DNA of 63,006 bases, the filler included, from Licmophora abbreviata (taxonomy: Eukaryota): the NCBI GenBank assembly GCA_900291995.1. It is 8 parts of 8 records of this genome, joined end to end, with 100 filler letters (N's around TTAATTAATTAA, not from the genome) between each part and the next. Parts side by side here need not be neighbours in the genome. Positions count along the whole stretch, not along the records: positions 22,175 to 26,742 come from OLMU01000192.1; positions 26,843 to 31,589 come from OLMU01000193.1; positions 31,690 to 48,019 come from OLMU01000194.1; 5 more parts are not named here. One strand, given 5' to 3'. A program made the position numbers and the translations under genes. Positions 22,366 through 34,072 of the stretch are shown here, in pieces (position 1 is the first letter of the stretch; each line of letters opens with the position of its first letter). The notes beneath the pieces were generated by a model. It saw nothing but the letters and a program-made list of their open reading frames with translations. It did not search any database and was not told the origin of the DNA.

Positions 22366-22944
22366 ATGCCTATCAAGTTTCCAAAGGAAGTGTCGACGCA
22401 TCTGTTCAAATACGTACGAAGCGTCGACATCTCCTTCAACCGTGAGTACATCGACGGTACCAGGTAGCCTAGTCTACCGGTACGAGTAGAGAAGCAGCCG
22501 ACGACGGACTGCTTGATTGTCTGTGTGTAGCGACGGCCTCGTACTCACAGCATTCGACTACGTTGCGTTTCACTTGCTTCAGCTTTCGATAGCCGCACGC
22601 GATCCGCTAGAGAGCTGCTACGACAGGTGCAAGCAGGAAGATATAGCAAAGCGAATCCCAAGCTGGCGGTCAAGGCTATCGTGACAGATTCACCCGCCGC
22701 ACCCTCTGTCCTCTTCAAGTTTGTCGACGGAACTGAGGTATGACCGCCCTGACTTATACTTTCAGTCTGTTTTTGAATGAAAAACCGTTTCGCTCATGTA
22801 CGCCCTCCTCTCCTCTTTTGTTCACAGCGAATGTTTGATAGCCAACAATTCCACTGCAAGGAAATGTTAGAGTCCATTTTCTTCATTGCCATGAAGCTTA
22901 ACAACGATTACGAACTGGAAGGGAAGAACATTGACGATCAATAG
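22366..22944 (+). CDS. MRPL53: Mitochondrial ribosomal protein mL53-like (115 aa, 3 exons)
   Basis: Exons 22366-22441, 22583-22737 and 22828-22944 (canonical GT-AG) give MPIKFPKEVSTHLFKYVRSVDISFNPFDSRTRSARELLRQV...KANPKL...PSVLFKFVDGTE..., the mL53 pattern. Not in the ORF track. Confidence 0.75.
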
Positions 22945-22986
22945 TAAGATAACAGCTATCATAAAAAGTAGGCGGTGCCATTTCTA

Positions 22987-24425
22987 TTATCGATTCCGAA
23001 ACATGTGTGGCCTTGCGCGCACCGACTCGAAGAGTCCATGCATGCCTATCCGTGGGTCGTGTCGAAACCGCGACCAGACGTAGGGATACAGGCGTTCGTC
23101 CAAATCTAAGCTTTCCAATGAAACTGGGTAAGCTGCAAGGAGTTGACTCATTCCCTCGTTCCATTGAAGCTTTCGCTGAATTGCCATTTCAATGGCCAAG
23201 CGACCGCGGTCGTCGCGAACATGAGCAGCTACCGGGCAGGCCTGGACAACGTCTCGCAGAGCATCTACAGTCGACGACTCTCCGTCTGCAGCAATGTGTA
23301 GCGGTATGCGTCCATTTTCGTCTCGCTCCAACAATTGATCGGGGTACAGTAATAGCGCAAACTCCAACAACGTATCGGGACACTGCGGACTACCAAGACA
23401 AGCGTGCACCATGCGAATTCTCTCGAGTCCAACGCCGGGGCAAGCTCGCCTGTATTCGGTCTGCACTAACAAACACGCCTTTTGCCAAAACTGACTAGAT
23501 TCGCACTGGTTCAAGATCTCTTGGAAGCTAAGAACATCCTCCTTTCCCAAATCGGCTCCCTCCGCTTGCAGTGCCTGTTGTCGTCGTCGTTCGTGGCGTA
23601 GTTTCATTAGGTCTGTGTGGAACGCGTGCATGCTTTTCCTCGCGCTAAGCAATGCTAACGGAGTTCTACAAAAGACCCTATCGAGCATGGACAGGGTAGA
23701 ATGTGCAAATGGTGACTCCAAAACAGCGCGAAAGGAGTCGACGGCACCACCGTGTGAACAGAGTAGGTGTAGCGGGCTGTTGCCAGAGTGAGTTTCAATG
23801 CCTGCTCCTTCCGGGTACGCTTGAACGAGCGCTCGAATGACTTTCGGAGACGCTCGATACGAGCAGGCAACTGAAATAGATGTATCGTATGGGATAAGAA
23901 GAGATCGCGTGTTGTAATCAATAATGAGTTTGGTTCCGACTTGCGACGATAGACCTACTCGAAACTGGAAATCCAGCCTGCGTAATGGCTGGTGGGTCGC
24001 ACAAACTTACAATGAAGAGGCAAGCAGCCAAGGTCGTTCGGGGTGGATGCAAGGCTTGGACATGCATCCAGGAGTGTGGTGACAGTGTCGATAGGTGGAT
24101 TTCCAAAGCAAGTCCAGTGCATGGCAGTATCTCCCTTGTGATCCTTGAAAGTGGAGTCCGCCTCGTGCGGGTGCGTTTGACATCGAAAGGAAACAGCTAT
24201 CCAGGCCCAGCGACGTGCGAGTGCGTACACCATGGGCAGTGACTGGTCCTCCGATCCATCGGAATGTGACGAAGAATCAAGCTGGTTGGCGTCTCGTCTT
24301 CCCACGTGGATGGTCGGCAACGACACTTCGTCCTTGGAATCGTCGTCGCTGTTGGGACCGGCGGTCGGCCGTGGCGGCAACAGTTTTCCGAGATGTTTGG
24401 TCACTTTGAGGGAAATCTTCCACAT
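22987..24425 (-). CDS. Ankyrin-repeat protein (~432 aa, 2 exons)
   Basis: Exons 24011-24425 and 22987-23870. Ankyrin-like units GDTAMHWTC, GCLPLHFAC, GNSPLHLLC, GRIPLHIAA and GRLAIEMAI. Confidence 0.82.
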
Positions 24426-24846
24426 TCTGGCGTCTCCGTAGAGTAAGGTTTACGATAGGAGCTAATTGTCGTCAAGATAGACTCTTATCTGATCTAGAAC
24501 GGGGATCAAGAACGCATCAGCTTATTGCCATCTTGCTGTGAGCCGAGCTGAGTTTCGAAGTTGCGGCGCCGGTGTATCGGAGGTGGTCGAATGAATCGAA
24601 TCAAATCGAATAGCTTCTGTGAAGAATCAATCACTTATTGTCGAGTGTCGAATGAATGTCGCACCGAGCGAGTGTGACATGACACCATGAGATTTGATTT
24701 CAAAAGATTCAACAGATTCATTCGATTCGATTCATCGCGCCGCACAGCAACAACACAACAACAACATGAGGCGTGACTGTCGACTTCGCAGCCCAAGACA
24801 TCAAACGCGTTTCTCTGACCAGCCTGCACATCGAACTTGATTGAGC

Positions 24847-27611
24847 ATGGCGACGGAGAAGAAAGAAACGAACGCTTTGGCTCAGGAACTGATTTCTGAA
24901 CAAAACCGTGATGAGCACAAGCAGACAACGACTGACATCACGGAGGTAGACGCCAAACGAAGCGCCACCGCTACTATTCACAGCGATACTACCGAATCAA
25001 CCGATCCTCTCAACGATCCCACTGATACGATTGTGGCCCATACCTCAACTGAGGCCTCCGAGGTCGATGCTACTGCGACAGAAACTGCGGCCGTAGAGGC
25101 AAAACATTCATCTTCATCGTCCCTTGAGAGCGAAAGAGGCTCTGCAGATGATCCCATGAAGGCCACCGAACCACCCGAACCAGGAACCGTCGACCAGTAT
25201 CACACCACGTTGACGTGCGGAAGTACATCGGTTATTCGTCGAGTTCTTTGTTCCGACGAGGACGCGTTGACGGGAATTGTTTCCGCTTCGGTCCGAGACG
25301 TGTCGGTGACTCCCATGGACCCGACCTTGCCGGACAATGATGGCACGGAAGTGGGCCCAGAACATGCCGAGGAAGATGATAATTTCTTGGACGAATTCAC
25401 GGAAGATTCCGATATTTCTCCTCCCCATCGTCGAATTTGGATCGTCACGACCGCTGCTCTCCCCTGGCGCACCGGTACGGCCGTCAATCCACTGCTGCGT
25501 GCGCTCTATCTTACGCGAGGACGACCCAGGCACTACGTAACGTTGGTCATTCCCTGGCTAGAAAAGGAATCTTCGAGAAAGCAGCTCTACGGCGAGCAAA
25601 ATGCTTTCTTGGGAGGAAGAAAGGAGCAAGAGGCATGGATTCGAGAATACTGTCGGACGCGAGCGCAATGTAAACATGAGGAGCACTTCCTTAGGATTCA
25701 ATTCTACTCGGCTGTCTACAACAAAGCTTTCGGGTCCATTTTTCCGTCCGAAGATATCTGCAGCTTAATTCCGGACGACGAAGCTGATATCGCAATTCTT
25801 GAGGAGCCAGAACACCTCAATTGGTTTCGAGTGATGCCAAAGCCAAGGAGAAAGAAGAAGTCAGCTGCCATTGACGTCGACAAGAACGACGACGACCAAG
25901 AACAAGACGCTGTGGATTCTATCGAAGTGAAGAGCGAGGCTAGTAGTAGTGCGGTGGATCCTATCGAGACCGCTACTGCAGATGATCCGGCCGGTCTATC
26001 ATCCGTCAGTGAAATCGAAGCCGTCAACAAAGACTCTCTCGGCTGGGCACGCAAGTTTCGTCACTCCGTAGGTATTCTTCACACCAACTATTCTGCCTAC
26101 ATGACTCAGTACGCCATTGGAACGTCATTCATTGCAGCACCGGCTATTGGCATGCTGAGTTCTATTGTCGTTCGAGCCTACTGCCATCGCGTCATTCGAC
26201 TCAGCGACGTTTTGCCGTCGTTGGTGGCGAACCGCGAAATCACCTGCAACGTTCACGGAGTTCGAGCAGAGTTTTTGCTTCCACCTGTCGAGCTCGATGA
26301 CCCCTCTCAAAGGTACGCAAAAGTTTACTTTATAGGCAAGCTTATATGGGCGAAAGGATTCGACAAAGTGCTCGAGATGCAGGAGTTGTTTCGGCAGGCC
26401 ACCGGCAAGTATCTTGAGATGGATGTCTATGGCGCAGGCCCAGACGAGAAGGCAATCCGTCGAGCCTTTCACGGGCGCAAAGGCGAGCCCAAAGAAGACG
26501 AAGCGGCTCCGGACTCGGCTCCACCAGAAATACAGCAATCAGCTTCAGAGTCTAGCGATGCCAGCGCCGCCGCGGTCTTTGAGAAATCCAATTCGTTGCG
26601 CAAGCAGTTCAATGTCCTGAGTGCCACAGCAGAAGAGTCGGACATTTTGGGGATCGAAGTTGAGCAGATTCACGATTCTCCCACCAAGAATGCGGTACAG
26701 ATTACGTCGGTGTCAGGCGAAGGCGACGAGACACCTCCACTTNNNNNNNNNNNNNNNNNNNNNNNNNNNNNNNNNNNNNNNNNNNNTTAATTAATTAANN
26801 NNNNNNNNNNNNNNNNNNNNNNNNNNNNNNNNNNNNNNNNNNCGGTTCTAGGTGACCTCGGTTCGACGTCGATCGCCACTGGGCTCGAAGCGTCGCAGGC
26901 AGTGTACGGCTTGGCGGAGTCTCTGGTCAAAGCTGGACTGAAGATGACAGTTGCGAAGCTCGGGCCCACTGAAGATACTGGCGATGCCAATAATTCATTC
27001 TTCCTTGACCCTCCGAAGTCGCGATATGAATGGCGTAGGAACCCGATTCCGACTCGATTTCTGGGAGTCAAGGACCATGCATTACTTCGAGATGTTTCTG
27101 AACACACTGTATTCCTGAACATGTCGATAACGGAAGTTCTGTGTACGACGACTGCCGAAGCGTTGGCGATGGGAAAATGGGTCGTCATCCCGAAGCATCG
27201 TAAGTTCTGGTACTATTGATGAGGGCGATTGGTTTCATTTTGCTTACATACCTTTTTGTTCGTAATTTGTTGGCAGCCTCTAATACATTCTTCCTACCAT
27301 TCCGGAATTGTCTCGCATACGAGACGTTGCCGGAGTGTGTGGCGAAGCTTCGACACGCTCTGGATAACCCACCTGCGGTATTGTCGAACGAAGAGCACCA
27401 TAAGTTCACGTGGGAAGGAGCTACCGATCGACTTTTTCAAGCCGCTGGAATAACAAGAAGAGAGCTCAGAGATGGACAAAGCAATGACGTTGACCACGCA
27501 GACGAACGCATAGCTTGGTTTCACTCTCAGTCCTTAAAAACAGGCAACTTAATCCGGAAAGTGTTCAGCAACAGTGCGCTGGACAAAATGGAAGAGAAAG
27601 AGGGAGCTTAG
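24847..27611 (+). CDS. DGD1: Digalactosyldiacylglycerol synthase (GT4 glycosyltransferase)
   Basis: IVTTAALPWRTGTAVNPLLRA.YL, ILEEPEHLNW, HTNY, FIGKLIWAKG and EVLCTTTAEALAMGK..V.P.HPSN.FF. Intron 27200-27276; interrupted by the spacer at 26743-26842. Confidence 0.92.
26743..26842. other. Artificial scaffold spacer inside the DGD gene
   Basis: Same linker; the reading frames on either side require 3n+1 missing bases. Confidence 0.97.
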
Positions 27612-27666
27612 ATCGAGTGCAGACTACAGTACCGACTTCAAAAAGAAGGGCCTCCACCTATTAAGT

Positions 27667-30600
27667 TTAAGTAGCAGCACTGTTCGTATTTTGCGCCCAA
27701 AATTCCTTCCACTCTTCTGTTAAGACGGAGCGCCGCTTGTCTACTGCAGTCTGTTCGCCTCCATCACTTGGGATGTCGTATTCCTTCACGTTTGCTCGAG
27801 GAAGCGAGTCGAGATCGTCGTAGCCTTCTGTGATCTCCTCTACCAGCGTCCCATTTGCTCGATGCTGCTGTGTCAACATTCGCCGTCTAACAGCTTCCTC
27901 TTCTCTACTCGAGTAGCCCAGCCACTCACGACGCCCGTCGTCCGCGTCGATGTGGTCTAGTTTCTCCAGTTCAGGGGTCTCCAAACTCTCGGCACGGATC
28001 GATCTCCATGTTGCGTCACAGTGAAGCTGTCTGACTGTCAAGACGCGTGCTACGAACGCCTCCGTGCCAGTGTGCGACGTCGACAGCTCGGTCGCTCGGT
28101 CCACGACAACAGCAGTCTGTCGAAACTTCGCCGCCGACAAAAGTCGAGACTGAAGAATGCGATAGCACGTGCTTTGTGGAACGATCATCAACAGTGACAT
28201 TAGACACTGAAAGAGCATTGTCCCGCTTCCTTCAGCCGCAGGATCCTTGTCGCGTTCAAGCATGCGAACACGCAGGTGACGAAATAGCGGTCTTTCTAGT
28301 GTCTCAATTAGCTTGTCGGCTTCCACAAGGAAGGTAAGGCCGATATCGAGTGGGTCAATGTTGGTAAGAACCCATGAAGCTGTGAGGTATGCACCACCCC
28401 ATAGGCACAGCGATACTGTTGAAGCGAGGTTGTGAGAAAAAGAATAAAGAAGAATGTGAAAAAGCCGCGCTTTTCTGGTGTCTACTGTTTCGTCACCTGT
28501 CCGCTTTCCGATACAGTCGCGAATCTTATCTCGGAGGGGAGCTGTTTCATCAGTGTTGAACAGTATGTGGCTCATTTGCTGGACAAATGCAGAGACGAAC
28601 TCGAGACCTCGGGACGATGATATTGTCTCGCTGGGCCCTTCTGGATCGGTTTTTGTAGGGTCGTCGGAAACTTGCTCTTGGGCGTGTTTCCTGGCGAAGC
28701 GGTCCAGTTCGACAGCGAACGAGACAAACACGAATTCGGGTGGCTGTAGCTCACACATGAACTGAAGAACCTTTGACAAGTCGGCCAGTAGGTGGTGGTT
28801 TCGTGCGTGCAGATGTATCAGGGCACGAAAGACCTGGCGATCCCTAGACTTGAACTGATGGCGCGAGGATGGCATGACGTGCAAGGCATATTCCGCGCTT
28901 TCGTCAGTCATCGGAAAAGCTACCTCCACTTCATCCATCTCACTTGCCTTTGCCATTGTTAACAGTGAGCTAGAGCTCCCGTCTGATGGGAGGTCCTCGC
29001 CTTTGACCGGGACCGTAATGATTGCTAGAACCTCCAAGCTCTTCCGGATGATGCTGTTGGGTGGACTATCTACCAACTGTCGAATGATGGGAGAAATGAA
29101 CTCGCGTGCGTACTATGCATGTGCATGGCGAGCAGCATAGAAGCGAGTTGGTTAACTATGCCAGATGATACACAATAGGGCACACGGGGGTTACTGACCT
29201 CCGCTTTCAGTTTGTCCGGCACAACACTTTCGTACAACACTATCACCCACTGCAGCGCACACAATCGCGACAGCATCATCGACTCACTATTCTTTTTATC
29301 TTCGCTTGTTCGGAACCAGCCCGGACTCTCAATTCCAGTTCCGTCGGGAGCAACGTCCATGCGGTATGGTTTGCGCTCCACCGAAGGGGGATTTCTCGCA
29401 TTAACTCCACCGGGAGAATCTAATTCTTCGCGAAGCGCCATAATGAACCCGTCCAAGTGAGTAACGTACGCAGTTCCATCTCGTCGAACTGCTTCTTGCA
29501 GACATATGTTTGTCTGCTCTGCTAGCGAGCGAGTTGTCTGGTCGGGAAGGAAAGAGTCCTTCTTCGACGCACGGTTGTGGAACGTGTCTCCGATACTGTA
29601 TTGGATCGTAGGAACAGCTATGCAAGTTAGATTGATCACAAGAGTATTCGGACAACGGCCATGATAAAGATCACATCGTAACGGACGTACCTCAGAAGAA
29701 TTCCAGGCAAGACGTGCGGAAGAGAGTTCCGAACAGAAATCGACGCTGGACTCAGTCGTCCTCGCGGGTTGGGCCCCATGTGAGCTGCAAAAATCCGACT
29801 CATCCAATACATGGCGACCTTTCGAACGAATGGATCAGGATGTTCGAGTGTTGTCACCAGGCCTTGCAAGAGTTTATCAAAATCAACCTTCACGGACGCC
29901 GAGTCGTCGATCGCTGCATTCTGCTGGAGGAGTTTCGGAAGAACACCTTGCAGAAACATCAACGCAGACTCCCGAATTGTAACGTTTGGATCAGCCACCA
30001 TGGCAAAAATGCCGCTGAGAAACAAGTGAAGAAACTCGAGAACAGGAGCACCAAGCAATTTCTCATTCAATTCGTGTAACCAACTGAGAGTGAGACGCTT
30101 CGTAGCCTTGTTGCGCATGTACACGAACCGCGCAAAGATCGGCACGCACGCGTCGGCAGTGAACGAACCGCTATTGATCGCTCCGACAATCCACTCCTTC
30201 AGCCTCTTGTCTAATAGCTGGGCACCGCTTCGTACGTCAACGTCCACATCGGCATACAAGGAACGGAGAATCTCAAAAAGGATGAAAAAGTGCTGTACCG
30301 CCAGAGCGGGAATAGCTTTGAGCACATTGAAGAGCGACTCAGTGGCATAGTATCGAACACGCTGCATGTGATCCTGACAGGCATGTACTACGCTCGCCAA
30401 GATGAGGTCACGACATTCCAGTACGGCAGCGTTGTCCTGCGGAGCCTTCTTTAGACCGATCGCACATGCTGCCAGAGCGACTACGCCACCCTTGCGTGCG
30501 TCTTCACTCGTACTGCGAACATAGTCGTCGCTCAGCAGCAGTAAGATGGCCCGCACGCGCTCCATTTCGTCTGGCACCAAACTCCGAACTACCTTTTCGA

Positions 30601-31589
30601 TCTCCATGGCAGCCAATCGTCGGCGGTCGTAACGTTTGTGCGCCAGCGATACCAGAACAGATGCAGAAATGGACTGCTGAGAGGACCGTTTCAATTGCTC
30701 CCTCGTTTCTTGTTGCATCCGATCATCATCTGTAAAGTCGGATTGAGCCAATCGCATCATATCAGAGTCAAAGAGTGTGAGTGACTCGATTTTCTGGCGC
30801 ATCGTCATGAGTACATCAGGAAGAACTCCGGTTGACACGTCGTCCGCCGATCTTCGCGACGAGGCGGTTGCGGACCTTGGTGAGGGCGGCGCGGCCGGGT
30901 GATGGGCCGATCCACCCGTAGCTTCGGACACCCGGGAGGCAATGGAAGATGTATGTCGTAACATCTGTGGAGGAGGTGGCGGTGGAGGCGGGGGGGTCGT
31001 TATATTGGTGGTTGCAGTGGTAGGGGGTGACGATGGTCGGGGAGGCCTGGGACGCCATCGTGATTGTCGCGTTGGTTCGCGAGCGGTTCGTTCCGGGACC
31101 AAAGCGTGTTCACCATTGCTGATGGCATCTTGACTAGCTGACTGTTCTGCCTGTAGCATGATATCGTCCGCATTCCCATCCTTGGGCACGTCGAAAGAGG
31201 CCGACCCGGTATTGGGTATCCCGTCACCGGATATGAGTGCCTTGTCGAATTCCGATTGGGAAAAGGCAGCCCGAGCATTCTCTGGTGCAACAAAACTCCC
31301 CGAAAAGAGTAGTGGAACGTCTCCTTCGCTTCCAGTCATAGGATCCTCTTCAGAAGAAGAACTAAAGGCGTCTGTCGACGTTTTGTGCCGACTTGCCGAG
31401 TTGGGACTCGGGTTTCGCTCGCCCTTGGCACCACGAAGACTCGTCAGTTCCTCTCCAGGAAGCGTGGACTGCCCTAATGGAGACGGGGAGATGGGAGGTC
31501 GTCCCTGCAGCGTCCGATGTGATGCGCGAGTCGCGTCGAGTGCGACTGCCGTGCCGCTACCGGTATCCGATTCGTCGACGCTGGGGACG
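27667..31589 (-). CDS. VAC14: VAC14 homolog (PI(3,5)P2 complex scaffold); the 5' end probably lies in the gap
   Basis: KRYDRRRLAAMEIEKVVR, RKGGVVALAA, RVRYYATESLFN, DVRSGAQLLDKRLK and a C-terminal E.DKLIE.LE.PLF.HLR domain. Introns 29596-29690 and 29113-29198; the frame stays open from ATG 31339 up to the gap at 31590. Confidence 0.9.
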
Positions 31590-31689
31590 NNNNNNNNNNN
31601 NNNNNNNNNNNNNNNNNNNNNNNNNNNNNNNNNTTAATTAATTAANNNNNNNNNNNNNNNNNNNNNNNNNNNNNNNNNNNNNNNNNNNN
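31590..31689. other. Artificial scaffold spacer
   Basis: Same linker. Confidence 0.97.
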
Positions 31690-31846
31690 TAGGACGCGGC
31701 AACAAGAACGACGAAGCGATGAGATTTGAGAGAAAGGGGACTGAAAACAGAAAACACAGTGCCATGAATACTGAATACATATACTCGTAGTCTCTCTTTC
31801 TAGTCTTCTCGTAGTCTAGCAAGCGAAGCAAGCATATAGTGGCAAC

Positions 31847-33176
31847 ATGTCGTCAGAGGAGATGAAAAACGAAGCGCTGAATCTACAGGATGTCAGCAGG
31901 GCTCCAGAAGAGGAGCTGCTGTCGGGCGAGGGGGAGATTAAGACAAGCAAGTCCAAGACCAAGACTCAACAGAAGTCTGCCAACGCAAGATACTCCTTTG
32001 ACCCAGAAAAGCTGCAAGCTATTCGTAGTGAGAAGCCGTGGACGAGAGAAGCTCTGTACTTTCAGAAGGTAGCCCTTTCTCCGTCTGCTATTATGAAGAT
32101 GGTGCGTACGTGTCTATGCCCGATCGACGACTTGAACATGCGAACATGCTCAAGCCTACTAAGTACGCCACTCCGCCCACACCTCACTGGCTTCTTCTTA
32201 CCCTATCCTCTCTCTCCTACTCTTATCACACCCGTAGATGATGCACTGTCAATCGGGCGTCGATAAGGGAATCCAAAAAGGTGGAAATCCGATTGAGGTC
32301 ATGGGAATGCTGCTCGGCCGCCCAGATCCCGATACGCCTCGTACTTTGATTGTCACCGATGCCTTTCCTCTTCCGATCGAGGGCTTTGAAACGCGTGTTA
32401 TTGCTGATGACCAAGATGTTGTCAATCACATGATCTCCCTGGGAGAATGTCTGGAAGTCTCTCGAAAGGAAAAGTTCATGGGTTGGTATCATAGCCATCC
32501 CTTCGACCTCGGGGATCATTCGCACTGTTTTCTCAGTCAGACCGACTTGTCGACCCAGCTGCAGTGGCAGCGCGCCGAAGATCCGCACGGGAACCCATTT
32601 GTCGCCATTGTCATCGATCCCCTCCGCTCTGTACACACTGGATCTCCTGAAATCAAGGCCTTCCGCGCCTACCCTCCGGAGTACAACGCAGACAATACCA
32701 CCCAGTGCCCAGATGGAACAATGGAACACAGTGACCAGAAACGCTTGGAACTATGGGGCAGCTGCTGGAATCGTTACTATGAATTGAGCATTGAGTACTA
32801 TATGTCGTCTAGTGCTCGCATTGTCATGGAGCAGCTCACGCAAGACTATTTATGGATGCGCACGTTGGGCGGCAGTGGGCGCGATACTGACTACGAAAAG
32901 CGTCTGCCCGATCGGATCGGCAGGGCTACCAGCCAGCTCAGGGGCCTGGCCACTGCCGGATCCAAGGTGGCACAGATCGGCAGCGGCCGTCCTATTCGTG
33001 CTGATACGGAAACTGGCGGTGCATCGACGGGAGCAGCATCGTCGTCGTCCGCGGCGGCCGGAAAGGACGAGTCGGCGGCAATGAAGAATGCTGTGCGTGA
33101 CGTCTCACAGCTGGCGGGCGAAGAGATGAATGCGTCGACGCTACAGTGTATGAAACAAAAAGTGTTTTCAAACTAG
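31847..33176 (+). CDS. CSN5: COP9 signalosome subunit 5 (JAMM deneddylase, ~397 aa)
   Basis: KPW....YF.KV..S..A.MKM|MMH, EVMGML, DAFPLPIEG.ETRV, GWYHSHP...LS..D..TQ, AIVIDP.R, AFRAYP and YYEL.IEYY.S. Intron 32102-32237. Confidence 0.9.
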
Positions 33177-34072
33177 TAGAAGCATGCGTTCATTATTTAT
33201 AGAATCAATTCTTCATTTTCCTTTGGGACGAGTAGAATACCTCAAGTGGAACTGATGATGCCCGTCGGATCCGCGCGAATCGGCTGCTTCGAAGTAGTTT
33301 ACTGATTCTCTTCTTACCGGTATTGAGTCACGATGTGCCTCCGAATCTTGCCAAATTGTCGAAAACTTGCATCAACATATCGCAACGCAATTCCAACGCG
33401 TGGATGAGTGGATCGATTTCGGCCGGACTCGTGTACCGGTACATTGAAAAGTTGCGCCGTGTCGCCTGCTCCGAAGTGGTGCCGTCACTGCATATGGTAA
33501 GTCATCGTCTTGGTCTTCGAGACGCAGTTCTGGCGTGCAAGATGTTCGCTGTCCTCGACGCAGCAGGTTGCTCAAATCTGTCGCCTGATGTTCTTCGTTT
33601 CTGCGCTGACCCAACTGCTGCGAGCCCTTCCAAAAGGTGAGACAGCCTTCCAGCTCAGACACAGGATTGGCAAAATCCACTCATACGGTAGCGCATTTGT
33701 CGGCCGGTTGTCACTCCGCAAACGTCGAGTCCTGGTGAGTAGGATACCATCAATACGCTTCGGTTCTGGCTTGCATGAAGTGTTTTTTTTGTTTTTTGGG
33801 TTTGTGATGATGTCTTCGCCGCCGTCGTGCGATTGGCGATTGATGAGATGCGAAAAAAGATGACGAAATCCAAAACCAGCTCCTACGCATTGACAGGCGG
33901 ACCTTCCAAAATGCAGTACGAAACTGACGTAGAAATTGACCTAAACTCGAACCGGTATCGTATGATACACGCAATACAAAATACGCCGCAGGTCGACAGT
34001 CCTCTCGTCGGCGATGACCATCGACCCTGGGCTGCATTCCTCTCGTTGATAAACAGATAGAAACCCTAGACC

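Noticed and set aside
16512..24735. Short GAGTC/CGAAT-type degenerate repeats near 16512-16540 and 24588-24735
   Set aside because: Low-complexity promoter or UTR sequence with no constant repeat-spacer structure.
7627..31589. MCM4, SAS10, DGD and VAC14 as pseudogenes
   Set aside because: All interruptions are canonical introns or artificial spacers, and the conserved motifs are intact.
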